A stretch of 63,914 nucleotides of DNA, filler included, from Olpidium bornovanus S191 (Eukaryota > Fungi > Olpidiomycota), in assembly GCA_017911155.1 (NCBI GenBank). It is 32 parts of 32 records of this genome, joined end to end, with 100 filler letters (N's around TTAATTAATTAA, not from the genome) between each part and the next. Parts side by side here need not be neighbours in the genome. Positions count along the whole stretch, not along the records: positions 34,103 to 36,777 come from JAEFCI010005916.1; positions 36,878 to 39,551 come from JAEFCI010004944.1; positions 39,652 to 43,357 come from JAEFCI010011675.1; positions 43,458 to 44,740 come from JAEFCI010006416.1; positions 44,841 to 46,019 come from JAEFCI010000179.1; positions 46,120 to 47,302 come from JAEFCI010003964.1; positions 47,403 to 50,347 come from JAEFCI010012803.1; 25 more parts are not named here. The stretch is one strand, 5' to 3'. The notes under the pieces are model-generated. The model did not search any database, was not told the DNA's origin, and was given only the letters and a program-made list of their open reading frames with translations. Of the stretch, positions 35,459 through 47,456 are shown in pieces. A program made the translations under genes and the position numbers. The stretch's first letter is position 1, and each line of letters begins with the position of its first letter.

Positions 35459-35689
35459 AGAACGAAAACCCCTCTCTCCCCCCCCCCTTCCCCTCCTTTG
35501 TTTTTTGCGCTCCGCATCCCCCCGGGGTTTTGGTTTTCCTCCAGTTGCTGGCAAGAAAAAAAAAAAAAAAAAAAAAAAAACGGAGAAAAAGAAGTCGGGT
35601 TGCTTTCCCGCGGTGTAAGGGAGGCGCGTGGACTCCTCGCAAAGGCTGGTCTGGAGGGAGCGCGCGCGGGCAAAAACCGCTCGCGGTCA

Positions 35690-35905
35690 ACACGCGCGGT
35701 CAGGGGTTCGTGGCCAGAGCGTCCGTCATCGCGTTGGAAACGTGCTCGATGGCCCTGAACGCCCCGCTGCCTGCGTCGTACCCGCCTCGCAGAGCGCAGA
35801 CACGCGCGGTCAGGGTTTCGTGGCCAGAGCGTCCGTCATCGCGTCGGAAGCGTGCTCGATGACCCTGAACGCCCCGCTGCCTGCGTCTAACCCGTCTCGC
35901 CGAGC
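35690..35905. repeat. 110-bp tandem duplication of the last codons and stop of the HELLS-like gene
   Basis: CACGCGCGGTCAGGG.TTCGTGGCCAGAGCGTCCGTCATCGCG at 35691 and 35801. Confidence 0.9.
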
Positions 35906-36777
35906 GCCGACTCCGCCCGCCTCGCCGTTTTTGGCCGCCGCCTTCGCCGCCGCCTCGTACGCTTCCGAGCTGCGGTCGAGGAGGCGCTCGAGGTCTTCTT
36001 CGCTCAGAACCTGCTGGGGTCCCAACGAACGCGCGTCGGGCGAGGGCGTCTGGCCGTTCGAATTAACCTGTTCCCGCTCTTCGGCAGCCAGCATCTCCGC
36101 CAGTTCGGCGACAATGGAAGCCGTCGCAAACGACCTTTGAGAAATGCGGTCGCCTTTGAAGCGCCCCTTGTGCATGACCAGCTTTTCCAATTTCCGCTTG
36201 TTGTTGGCTTTGTCTACAACCCGTGCCTCCACCGTGTCAGACGTGACAAACCGATACACGACTGGTAAACCGTAGACAAAAAGATGGCAAGAAGGTAAGT
36301 CCAATGGCTCGGCCGCTTTGGCATAAAGGAAACGCCCCCGGGCGAAATGCGTTTATGCAAAGGCCAATGCTCACCAACTGGTTTAGTCTGACCGATACGA
36401 TGGACACGGTCCTGAGCTTGAAGGTCCACCTGAGGGTTCTGTGGGGCCAGAAAATGAGCGGGGGACGGCAGAGGTTTAGTACGAGTGCGGAACGAAAATA
36501 ATCAGTATCAGCGGGAACGAAAGAACCGGCCAAGCCTCACCCAGTCGCTGTCGTAAATGATGACGGTATCAGCTGCGGTGAGATTTATGCCGAGGCCTCC
36601 GGCTCGGGTGGATAATAAGAAAATCCTGACGTCATCCTCCTTCGATCGTCCTTGGTTCTGGCTGTTGAACAGCTCGATCCGGCGCTGACGTTCCTTCTGG
36701 GAAACGTTGCCGTCGATGCGGAATACGGGCCAACCGCGGAGGTCTACGCACCAATGCTCGATGATGTCGAGCATGGA
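35810..36777 (-). CDS. HELLS: HELLS/LSH/DDM1/Irc5-type SNF2 chromatin remodeller, C-terminal fragment
   Basis: [28 protein letters not shown]|...[17 protein letters not shown]|[37 protein letters not shown]...[14 protein letters not shown]. Confidence 0.88.
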
Positions 36778-36877
36778 NNNNNNNNNNNNNNNNNNNNNNN
36801 NNNNNNNNNNNNNNNNNNNNNTTAATTAATTAANNNNNNNNNNNNNNNNNNNNNNNNNNNNNNNNNNNNNNNNNNNN

Positions 36878-37849
36878 AGCATGTTTTCGAGATCTTCCTG
36901 AGCCTGCTGTTCGCTGAGTTGCAGCTGCGCGCGCAGTCCCTCCATCATCGTCACGTCTACGCCGTTAATGAGAAACCCGTTGAAGCCGTTGCCCTCGACA
37001 GCGACCACCGTAAGGGCTACCGAGCAAAGTGTTTCGTCGTGCACGCGAAGATACCAATGAGTGGAAGGGCTGAATCGTCCAGATGCGAGCGCTCCGAGGA
37101 ACGTCTCCGGATTAAAAATGTCATTAATGCCGTTCACGGCTTCTATTAATTGTTTCTGATCAAAAATGTCGATGACGCTGCCATATCTCTCCGTATCGGC
37201 GTTGGCGGGCCAAAACCTTTGCTTTGCCAGTTTGTTCGCAACTCGTATCTCGCCATCCCTTGTTGTCCCAATGATGAAGTGAGGCGTGTGATCCAGTATC
37301 GCCGACCGAAAGGACGTTGCGGCTTCCAGCTTCCGTTCCGTTTCCCACTGGCCATAAAGCGCTTTCAGGAGTTCCGGAATGATGTACCTGACAATGGAAA
37401 GCAAAAGGTTACCTGCTGGTTTTGGCGTACAACGTCGTTCCCTGCAGCCTTTTTGCGTACCATACTCCCAAGGCAGCTGCCACCGAAACTACCGCGGTAA
37501 ACGCCCTGAGAGCAGCGAGTGCACGCAGCGAGCCGTCGTGATGGGCATTCAAGATGTGTCCTACCCCGCACAGCGAGATAAATGCAGCGAACAACACGGC
37601 AACAGCCTGGTGCTTTGCGTTCGCCGAAGGTGCACGTCGCCCGTAGTAAAGAATTTCAAGGGGAATTGCAAGGTAGCTTACGCCGATTGTGATATCGAAG
37701 GTTCGCAGCCAGTCTACCGCTGGCGGAGCGTGATCCCCGGAGCCAAGGGCATCGGGCGCGATCTCAGCAAGAGCGCCGCCGACCCGCGGGAGGGTGAGGC
37801 AGACGGCTGCCCATAGGCCAATACGGAGAAAGCAGGCGGAAGAAGGCAT
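36878..37849 (-). CDS. Ethylene-receptor-like sensor: N-terminal hydrophobic leader, ETR1-type ethylene-binding TM domain, PAS domain and coiled coil (probable hybrid histidine kinase, 3' partial)
   Basis: Exon 37849-37461, intron 37460-37388 (GTACGC...CAG), exon 37387 to the contig end. FDITIGVSYLAIPLEILYY, LFAAFISLCGVGHILN and FTAVVSVAAALGVW|YIIPELL align to ETR1 TM1-3. They are followed by ILDHTPHFIIGTTRDGEIRVANK...FLINGVDVT (PAS). Confidence 0.88.
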
Positions 37850-38369
37850 CGATGGCGGCTTCAGGAAACGGCGGTAATGCTGAGAATCGGCGTCAGCGCG
37901 AGGTTGTGTTCCGGGGGTCTTTTTCTCCCCCCTCCTTTTTTGATCTTTTCGCATGGCAGACCATGTGACAGCGTGCGTCGTCGGGCTGCCTGGCTACTTG
38001 CTTTGCGTCTCGCCATTGAGACTGCTTTGACGGACGTGAAACGCGGATCTACAAAGAACAGAGAAACGCGTAGCCGGTAAGAACGGCTGCCAATAGGCTG
38101 CTTGCTGGACAGGACGCCCATTCGATTCTCATTACTAGTCCAAGGCAGAGAGAACCGGGACCCGTGTCTACCGGCTGCTCCTGTCCCGCGATCCGGCAGC
38201 CCCCCCCGGGAAAAATACTCAGGTTTTCGGAGGATTTCGAACTCAAAAAAAGGCAATGGAAAACCCCCCGGCCAATATCCCCCCCCCCCGCCGTCCCTCC
38301 CCCCCCTCCCCTCCACCACGGCCGCCGCATCCTTGGCCTTCCCTGATGAGCTCTGAATTCCGGCAGTCA

Positions 38370-39447
38370 ATGGCCTTCAACACAACACAGGCGTCGACGG
38401 ACACTCGCCTGCAGTCGAGGACCGAAACGCCCGCGCAACTTGGCTCCTTGTCCGTGTCGCCAGCAGAACCCCGCGATGCCGACGGCCGAGCACCGCCCGA
38501 ACGTGGACGTAGGGCACGGGCAAGAGCCGTTCGTCAAGCCGATGATTCGACCGTGACACTCCACAGTTACCTGCGTGCTGGCATGGACGGTGAGTATATG
38601 GCATAGAGCCATCTTAATTACGCCTTCATTGCGATGTGGCCTGCCGTCGGCTCTTTTGGTGGTGCTCTTGGCGGCCTGTAGAATCACGCCATGTCACTTA
38701 CAACGGCGGTTGCTGATTTCCATGTCTCGTGCCAATTTGGCAGCGGCCGCCGTTTCACAGTTCGCAAATCCTGCTGCGCGTCCGCCGCCAGTAATAATGT
38801 TTGGAAGTCAAACGAATCGTAGCATGGGCGGCACAATAAACGTCCAGCTGGCGACGGCGCAGGCAGGACCAGCGGGCTCGACGGTAGGCTCTACCATCCA
38901 TCAAAACGGCACCGCCGCCAATGCCCTCTCTGCAGGCGCGAGGACCAACGGACCCGGAACCTTAAACACAACGACCATGCCGCCGAATCTGGGCTACCGT
39001 GGCGTCCATGGGCAACTCAGTCTCGCTCACACGTCACTCACGAGCAGCTACGCAAGAGCAAGGGTCAATCCCGCGCAGACGACTTCCGGGAGCTCGTTTA
39101 ATCCCACCAGCCACGTCCGCGCCATCGTCGCTGGCGCCGCAAACGCCCTTGGGTTCGGGTTTGGATCTGGATCTCCGTTTTCGCCCCGCTCGCCTGTGTC
39201 GCCTTCCGGCCCAATCCCGCCGGCTAATGGCGGCAGCGGAGGAGCCGTTCGAATTCTAGGCCCAAGAGGTCCCGCTTCTGCGTATGGTGACGACTCTGAG
39301 GACGCATTCATCTCTTTCTCCAATAGGGACTCCGGCGGAGAACGGAATCCCGAGGTGCGCAGGATGCCGCATCAATTCCGGTCCAAATCTGTGTGCAAAC
39401 TGGACTGCAGATTTTGCGGCCGCGTAGTTTGCATGCGAGGGATGAAA
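38370..39447 (+). CDS. FAM72: FAM72-family protein with a long disordered N-terminus (3' partial)
   Basis: FRSKSVCKLDCRFCGRVVCMRGMK followed by GTAAGC matches the FAM72 N-terminal CxxC...RGMK motif. Confidence 0.75.
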
Positions 39448-40759
39448 GTAAGCGTCACGTATAATAGGTTTCTCGTTTTTGGTGCTTTGAACGAGGCAAC
39501 AGGCGCCATAAGCAAACCCCTTCCCGCACACATTCTGACTTCCGATCCATANNNNNNNNNNNNNNNNNNNNNNNNNNNNNNNNNNNNNNNNNNNNTTAAT
39601 TAATTAANNNNNNNNNNNNNNNNNNNNNNNNNNNNNNNNNNNNNNNNNNNNCATGCCCCACTCCTCCGCCTGCCGTGCTGACGCGACTTCCTGATTCAGC
39701 AGCAGCAGTCAAGCGAGCTCGCGCTGATCCTCAGGAAATCAACCGTTCGTTTTGAGTTGCGCCAGATTCCGTTGCTTCCAGCGCAGTTTCAGGCGGGGCA
39801 ACGCCATATCCGCAAGAATGCGATAGGCGCCCGGCATCCGCTACTTAGAAAGGATATGGTAGTGGTCCACCTTTGCAGCGGAGTCGTGCCAGGAACCCGG
39901 CACTTTTGAGAGCTGCTGAGATGATCGTTCCGTCTGGTGCAATCACCAGGACATTACCGCTCGGTGAGAGGCACAAAAGCAAGGTAGCGCCTCTTCAGGG
40001 TACCGGCGCAGGCGACGTGTGTTGCGAGTGCGGCGGCTCAAGACGCCAAGCACCGCGAGAATAATGATCAGACGTTTGCCATATTGTCGGGTCTCGGGGC
40101 TCGTGCGAGGTCTTAAACAGCGAGGCGCAATTTTAATTGTTAGTGACGGGAAGGCGAGTGCGCAGCTTGGTGATTGCGCGGCTGCGGGGAAACGTGCACG
40201 TGTGGCGGTGAAACGTCTTCTGCTTCTGTAAACTGCACGGGAAAACGGAATATACGCTCTTGTCCACAAAAACTTCCTCTTTTGGATTCTCGGCTGCGGG
40301 AAGGCGTTCAATCAACGTAAAGCAAGCGGTCGCGCCCCTTCGGAAGTTTTTCCCCGCTTATAACTCAGTTGGTAGTGGCGCGCGACTCTAGGGGAACTCT
40401 GCCGTCGCACGGTCCCTGGCTCGCATCTGGGAGAGTGGAGAAAACAAACCGCCCCGCTGTTTATTTTTGTGCGTATGTGCGGCAGGCAGCCGCTCCGTCC
40501 TTTTTTTTTTTTTTTTTTTTTTTGAGGAGTGAAGGGGTAGATACGTTCCCCGCAATGTCAGAAAAAGCCCCTTCGGCTTGGCAACCCAAAAAAAGCACGC
40601 TGCGGCTCAGCGTGATCTAGATAAAGAAAACTGTTTGGTGCCGGATAAATTTCAAATCACACGCATGGATCCAGACGAGCCGTTCTGATTGGGTATGTTC
40701 GTGACTTCGAAGGTATCAACGTTCCTCCTGTCCCATCTTTGCGGCAATATTCATTTCCT

Positions 40760-42517
40760 TTACGTCAACAAAACTTCAACAGCTCTTTGCTCGTCGCCAC
40801 CACACTGCCGCGTGATAAAGGGAAAATAAAAGAAAGCTTGTAATTTTAGTGCGTGCAGGGGTGGCGCTGCATCTCTCGAACGAGAGCGAACGTTTCGTTG
40901 GTTTGACGGCAAGCGGAAACCTACCTTTTCCAGAGCAACCTGCACATCAGATTCGACGAAACCCATCTGGGCGATACGGCGCGCCTTTGCACAGTGCGTC
41001 TCGGCTTCGGATCGGGAACCGTCGTCGTCGGAACCACCAACCTCGACGCCGTGCTGATTCCGCTTCTTCCCGGCCGCTTTCTCTTCGCCGTCAACGCGAT
41101 CTGGCAAAATCACCGGCGAAAGATCCTGCGCCGGCGGTTTCGCGTACGCTTCCGTCCAGTATCGAGCCGTTCTCTCGAACTCAGCAAAATTGGACTTTTT
41201 TCGAAACGCAAAACTGACGTCAGTAAAACAACAAGGATCGGAAGACGGGGAGGAAGGGGGAGGAGTAGAGGGGAAATCGGCTGCGGCCGCGGTGGCGCAG
41301 GCCGCACATACCAAAAAGAGATTTGCCACTTCGGCGTCCTGAGCAAAAAGAATCGAACCCGGTTGAATTTTCGGCTTGCCCGTCCTTTAACTTCGTCCGT
41401 TAAAAGAAAAAAGAAAAAAGAAATCAAAATTCAATCGAGCAAACTCACCTGCGGATCGTCCGGATTTGGAGTTTCGAGCAAAGACAGAACGGAAAGCAGA
41501 GCTAAACAAAATAGCAAAGAAACGTCACGGTCTCATCACGTACACACGAAAAACAATGAAAAGCGCTTCCTCCTTACCTGTTTTGATCGTCAAAACAGGT
41601 GTCCACGCGTCCTTCAAAATATCTTCCAACCATTGCCCGGTGAGGAATACGACAAAGGCTAAACACGGACCTAGCTGTCCACAAAGTTTCTTCGCCTCTT
41701 ACCAAGGCAAATGGCTCCCGTTACGCTACTGACGTTAGGGTGGTACAACTGATAGCGTTTTGTAGTACTCGGGTAAGGAAATTGCACTTAACCTTTGACT
41801 ACTGCGGACAGATAAAAAGCAAAATTTTCATACCGGCGTGTCGAACTTCATCTGGTGTCGATGCGCATGATGGTAACGCAGTTCAAAACTCCGTTAATCG
41901 ACAACGCCGTGCTTCGTGCGAGCGCTCGGGTGGCAGGGACACATTTTACCTTCGGGGGTTCAACTAAATCAAGCGCATGTCAAAGCGAACGCAGAAAAGT
42001 GTGAGACGTCGATCGCGAACAGGCCTTCCCGCCTGGGGTCGGCCGTGCAGGACCGTCCGCGTCAGGCTCGCCCGTACAAGGGTATGCCGCAGGAATTTCT
42101 ATATCGACCTGGAAAATGCCGCCGCTGTACGGCGTACCGACGGGGCCCCTGATCTGCAGCAGCCAAGAGCGTGCGAGCCTTTTCAGCGTCCTCATGGCTG
42201 CGACGGGCTTGGCAAACCGGATAACCCGCCGTGTCGATCCTCCGAACGGATCACGCACCTTTCCCTTCAGGCGAGCTTTTCGAAAAAGGGAGCGGGTGAG
42301 CGAAGACGGCGGGTGACCGAGCCCGGAGCAAAAGGCGAGCAAAAGAACGAAGAGAACGGGCCACGAACGTACACAAATCATCTTCTGCGACTAACGTCGC
42401 GGACACGTCTGGCGGAGGCCCGCGGCGTCCGGCGCCTTCCGGCATGCATTCGCCATCCCCCGCGAAGCCGCAGCAGTCCTGGACATCCCTGATCAGTCTG
42501 CGCCTGATTCCGGCCAT
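40760..42517 (-). CDS. UBC1: Ubiquitin-conjugating enzyme E2 with C-terminal UBA domain (Ubc1/UBE2K), many introns
   Basis: IRGPVGTPYSGGIFQVDIEIPAAYP|FEPPK|MKFDTP|YHPNVSSVTGAICL|DILKDAWTPVLTIKT|...PNPDDPQ|DAEVA...FERTARYWTEAYA and UBA AQMGF...ALEK|CGGDEQRAVEVLL. Confidence 0.93.
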
Positions 42518-42959
42518 GGAAGAGCCGCTCGGGCGCACCGTCCTCGCCCACTTTTCCGGTCGAGTCAGGCCTTTCGGCTGCACTGCGTGCTGTGCGTTGC
42601 TGGGGAAAACCGGGGGAGAGGAGGGGGCCGGCGAGCGACGGGGAGCGCGAGGGAGGACGTGCGGCCACCCGCCCATCTGAAGCTCGCCTTGGGCCGCGCT
42701 TTCCGCTCACCGTCGGCCCGACTTCTCCCGTCACACCAGTTTTCCATCCCACAGCGTAAAGACCGGCCCTAGCGCGCACCCGCCGAGACCACACCCAAAC
42801 CAATTTCCCTCTCTTTCCCTGAACGGGCCTATTTTCCTTCGCACGACTCCACGTGTTGGAATTATGGTTGAGGTCGCAGTTCGGCGAGAACTGCAGAACT
42901 GCAGCCCGCCGAGAACTCGGCGTATTCCTTCTGCTGCAGGCGCGTGGCGCGCCCAAAAG

Positions 42960-43357
42960 CCTCCACCGGGTTTCGGCGACGCGGAATATGCCGAATGCCG
43001 GGAAACGCGCCGATCTATGTACGGTTACGTTTCGTCATGTCAGGATGAGCGGCGAGTTGGAGGAGCAGATACCAGGAGGTGGTCGCCACCTCGACGGCCG
43101 AAGCGGAGTACATCGCACTCGCTGAGGGGACAAAGGAGGCCATATGGATCCGGCATCTGCTGAAAGAGTTGAACAGTGCAGAGGAGCCGGAAGCGGCCAC
43201 CAATGCTCTACGAGGATAATCGCGGGGCGCTTCTGCTCGCCGAAAAATCCTCTCAATCATTCCAAAAGCAAGCATATCGACGAGCGCCACCGGTTTGTGC
43301 GGGAGTGAGTTGAGAGGAAGGAAATCGACGTGGTGGGAATCACCACCGAGGACATGA
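42960..43357 (+). mobile_element. Degenerate Ty1/copia RNase H fragment
   Basis: GFGDAEYAECRETRRSMYGY, VATSTAEAEYIALAEGTKEAIWIRHLLKEL and SKSKHIDERHRFVRE, in shifting frames. Confidence 0.92.
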
Positions 43358-43526
43358 NNNNNNNNNNNNNNNNNNNNNNNNNNNNNNNNNNNNNNNNNNN
43401 NTTAATTAATTAANNNNNNNNNNNNNNNNNNNNNNNNNNNNNNNNNNNNNNNNNNNNCCGATTTTGCTCCTTTTTTGCGCCTTCTGTCGTTTTTTTGCTT
43501 TGGGGGTGATTTTTTGTGTGTGAATT

Positions 43527-43800
43527 TGTTGTTGTTGTTGTTGTTGTTGTTGTTACCCCTCAGCGTTCCTCCCCCCCCTTCCCCCCACCCGCCGACCCTG
43601 CCGGCGTTTTCAATTCTCCGGCGGCAGGGAGAGCCCTCCTTGCGTCGCGCTCGCTGCCACTTTTTGCCTGTTCCAACAACTCGATTCTCGCACTCTCTCA
43701 TGTCTCGCACTCTCTCATGTCTCTCCTTCTCTCTCTCTCGGTCTCTATCTGTCTTTCTGTCTCCCTCTCTCTTCGTCTCTCCTTCTCTCTCTCTTGCTCA
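43527..43800. repeat. (GTT)n microsatellite (~43527-43553) and CT-rich tract (~43690-43800)
   Basis: Read directly from the sequence. Confidence 0.85.
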
Positions 43801-43901
43801 TTTCGTCCGCATCTCCTGCCGGTGCTCCCACCTTGCCCTTTTCGTCCTACTTTTCTCGGTTCCTTTTTTTCCCCATCCGGCAGACCCACCCTCGATCCCC
43901 T

Positions 43902-43955
<54 letters not shown>

Positions 43956-44028
43956 ACACACACACACATCAGTCTCCTCGTGCCGAGGCCAGCGCGCGGA
44001 GCGCGCACTTTTGGGGCAGAGGTCTGCC

Positions 44029-44712
44029 TCAGCGCGGGTCCGAGGTGGGCGACGGGGCCGGAAGCATCTCCAGCAGCGCGCGAAGGTGGGCGGAGGCCTT
44101 GCGGATCCTGCGGACGTTTGCGAGCTTGTCCTCGTTGCCTTCGCCGCCGCCGCCGCCGCAGTCCTCTGCGACCGCCCCGGGCGGCCGGCAGCGGCGGTAC
44201 GCGACGAGCTCCTCCTCGGCGGAAGCCTCGACCTCCAGCTCCTCGGCGTCGGCGCGCACGGCGACGGCGATGTCGGCCCACTCCGGGCCGCCGAGGGCCG
44301 GGTCGAAGTCCGGGTCCCGGTCGAGCCGGTCGGCCAGGGCGTCCATGAAGTGGGCCTCCTGCTTGAGCGTGCGCATCACGGCGTCGGTGGTGGTCGCGAC
44401 CAGGCTGCAGACGCGGCCGTCCGAGATCTGGCTGATGAGCTCGCTCACCTCGCGCGACCCTCTCCGGAGGTGCTCCTTGAGGTCGCCCGCCGCGGGCGGC
44501 GGCGGCGCCCCCTCCGGAGCGTCCGCGTCAGCGTCCGCGCGCGGCGCGCCGCTTTTTCCTTCGGTGCCGGGGCCAGGGGCGGTTGTGCCGGCGCCGGGGG
44601 CGGCCGCCTCCTTCGTACACATGAACTCGGGGCGGGCACGATGGTGTCGTGCTCCTTGGTGAAGACGGTTGGCGAAGGCGTCGTGCGCCTTGCCGGACAA
44701 TCGCCTTCGCAC
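44029..44712 (-). CDS. Hypothetical helical protein fragment
   Basis: GC3-rich open frame with amphipathic helices (EVSELISQISDG...AVMRTLKQEAHFMDAL...KASAHLRALLEMLP). No family recognised. Confidence 0.45.
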   Translation of the reverse strand: MRRRLSGKAHDAFANRLHQGARHHRARPEFMCTKEAAAPGAGTTAPGPGTEGKSGAPRADADADAPEGAPPPPAAGDLKEHLRRGSREVSELISQISDGRVCSLVATTTDAVMRTLKQEAHFMDALADRLDRDPDFDPALGGPEWADIAVAVRADAEELEVEASAEEELVAYRRCRPPGAVAEDCGGGGGEGNEDKLANVRRIRKASAHLRALLEMLPAPSPTSDPR

Positions 44713-45125
44713 AATCGCGACGGACGCCGGTGCGCTCGTCNNNNNNNNNNNNNNNNNNNNNNNNNNNNNNNNNNNNNNNNNNNNTTAATTAATTAANNNN
44801 NNNNNNNNNNNNNNNNNNNNNNNNNNNNNNNNNNNNNNNNAAGCGTAAGCGACAACATGGTTTCGACCGTCAGGCGCAGATTGGTGAAGGACGGCACCAA
44901 TGCCTGCATCAGACGCATCGGTCTGCAGGGTAAATCGAAACTCGCGCGAGAAATCGGGCAGCCGAGGGACGGGGGCTGTCGTAAGCCGAGTCTTCAGCGT
45001 TTCGAACGCTCTGAGACTGAGGAGAGTGAAGCGGCGGTCCCAAGTTCTGCCGTCGAGATGATTGCTGAACCTGAGAAGAACGAAGCGGCGGTGGCGCGTT
45101 CGACTGTAGAGATGGCTGCTGAAAC

Positions 45126-46019
45126 TCAGCGGCGGTCCAGGCGCTCGGCAGTAGAGATAACGGAGATCGTTGTGGAAGGGACGTAAATACGCATTGGCGG
45201 GGCGCGCAACCCGCGGTTCTCTTTATCATCATAACGGCCGTCGTCGTCCTTCTTGCGGTAGACTAACTCCTCTGTCGCGCGCTTGTGCATGTAGACTTCG
45301 AGCTTGGCGTCGACCGTGCGGGCTTGAGGCCCCGAAAATCCCGCTGGAGACTTCGAGCCGTTCGGAGGCAAACGGTCGGCCGTCGTCCTTCTTGCTGCCG
45401 ACTGGTCCTTCCGTCGCGCTTCTGGACCGTGCAGACCGCAGGCCTCGAAGTTCCAGCTGCTGGCATCAAGTCGTTTCGGAAGCAACGAGCTGAACGCTGC
45501 TCGACGAGGCATGGCGCGCTGCGGTGGGCACAGGTTCCCCGCCATCCGATGATCTGCACTCGCCGTGTCTGCCAGAGACGCGACGTTTTTTTTTTTTTTT
45601 TTTTTGGTGGTCATCTGTCGACTGCAGCTGGCTAAAACTGTAGTCCACCGTCGCCTGCCGGGTATGCAAAGCTTGCAGTTTGCGCTTGACGTCTGCCCGC
45701 ACGCGTGCGGGCGCGTTCCTATCATTGACCGTATAGTCAGAGCAGATAACGTGCAACTAGCCCGGCAGATTGATGTGAAGTTCCTCCGCGTTTATCGGAA
45801 AAGAGTTACTACGGCATATTTGCTGGCTTTTCTCAAGTCTTCGCTCGGATCCTCAAGCAAATTGATTGAATCTAGCGTGTGCGGCCGTATCAAAAATTCG
45901 GGAATCTGCCTGACGCATTGAGTCAGCAAGAGAATTGCCTGCATTTTTAAAAGAAGATGCCATCGAATTCTTTACTTGGACAATACGGTGAGAAAGGGTC
46001 GGGATCTTCGCGTGCATGA
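45126..46019 (-). CDS. STU1: Probable Stu1/CLASP TOG-domain fragment
   Basis: LLEDPSEDLRKASKYAVVTLF and VRADVKRKLQALHTRQATVDYSFSQL resemble the last HEAT repeats of the fungal Stu1 N-terminal domain; a disordered region follows. Confidence 0.55.
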
Positions 46020-47420
46020 NNNNNNNNNNNNNNNNNNNNNNNNNNNNNNNNNNNNNNNNNNNNTTAATTAATTAANNNNNNNNNNNNNNNNNNNNNNNNN
46101 NNNNNNNNNNNNNNNNNNNCATGCCGTTTGCTTCTGGAGGCGGCGGACGTGGTTTTTTGACGTGATGTCACCCTTCTTGGCTTGTAGGGGCGCGCCGTCT
46201 GCAAGGCCTGTGATCGTCAGGAACACGGCGAAATCAAAGCGGAAGTAGTGGTGGTGGCGCGAGGGTCAGCTTTAGCTTTGAGCACGGGGGGAGAGGGGGC
46301 GGTTAAAGGGACTTGCCGATGAGGACCCGTTCAAAAGCGCCGCGATTCGACGATGCGGGCCGCGGCGAAACAACCCTCGAGGAGTGGAGGGGGGTATTCT
46401 TTGTCGTTGTCGTTTCGCTGCTTGCTAAAAGAAGCCTTCCGAAGTAAGTAAAAATAAAACGTCATAATATTTTTTTGTTGCTGTAAATAAAAAATGGAGA
46501 GCGCGCTCTGCGGTCGCGTGATCAATCTGCGCCTGACTTTGGGAAGGGGTTGCTGCGCGCGTAGCCCCGCGCTCCACCGCAGACGCAGAGGACCAATCAA
46601 AGAAAGAGGAGCTTCGAGCTTTCCGTCTTTTGGTCTTTATCTTCGACTGCGCAATTCTCTCTCTCTTTCCCTTCCCCCGGTCGCCCAACGTGTCATTTTG
46701 ATTCCGCGCGGCTTGGGGTTGCTCATTCTTTTACAACCCCTTCCTGTCATTGTAATTTGTTTTTTGCGGTTGGGCGGGACGGAAGGGAGAGGGAGGGAGG
46801 GGGGGGTGCGCGTGTCCGCATATTATCAGGTGCAATCCATCGCGCGTTGTGCCTTACAACAATTTCCGTACCATTTCCTCCCCCTCCCCTCTTACGCGGT
46901 GCCACCCGTCTTTGATTTTAGTGGGGAAGGTTGGGCGGGTTGAGTCATGTAGACACAGGTTTGTCAGGTGAACTCCAACCTCATACTACAGTCATCCCGT
47001 TCCTCCGCCGCCGCAACGGGGAACGGGGGAAAACAAGCCTGGGAAAAAGAGGTCCTGAGGTCCTGGACGGGCGGGGTGGGCTTCACCCCGCACCGCCCCG
47101 CCAAGCGCCTTCTGTTGAATTCTGCGTTCGAAAGGAGCTCTCGGGAGCTGCTCTATTCCGGGAATCTACCCTATTTTATATAGAGGATTTCAGGGGAAAA
47201 CCCGGGTGGGCGCGGTGCACTATCTCCCCCCTGAACCCCTTTGTTTCAGGTCTCGTTTCAGCACCCCGCCTCACTGCGCACACCTCTATCTACCTAACGC
47301 CCNNNNNNNNNNNNNNNNNNNNNNNNNNNNNNNNNNNNNNNNNNNNTTAATTAATTAANNNNNNNNNNNNNNNNNNNNNNNNNNNNNNNNNNNNNNNNNN
47401 NNAAAACCCGTTTCTTTTTT

Positions 47421-47456
<36 letters not shown>

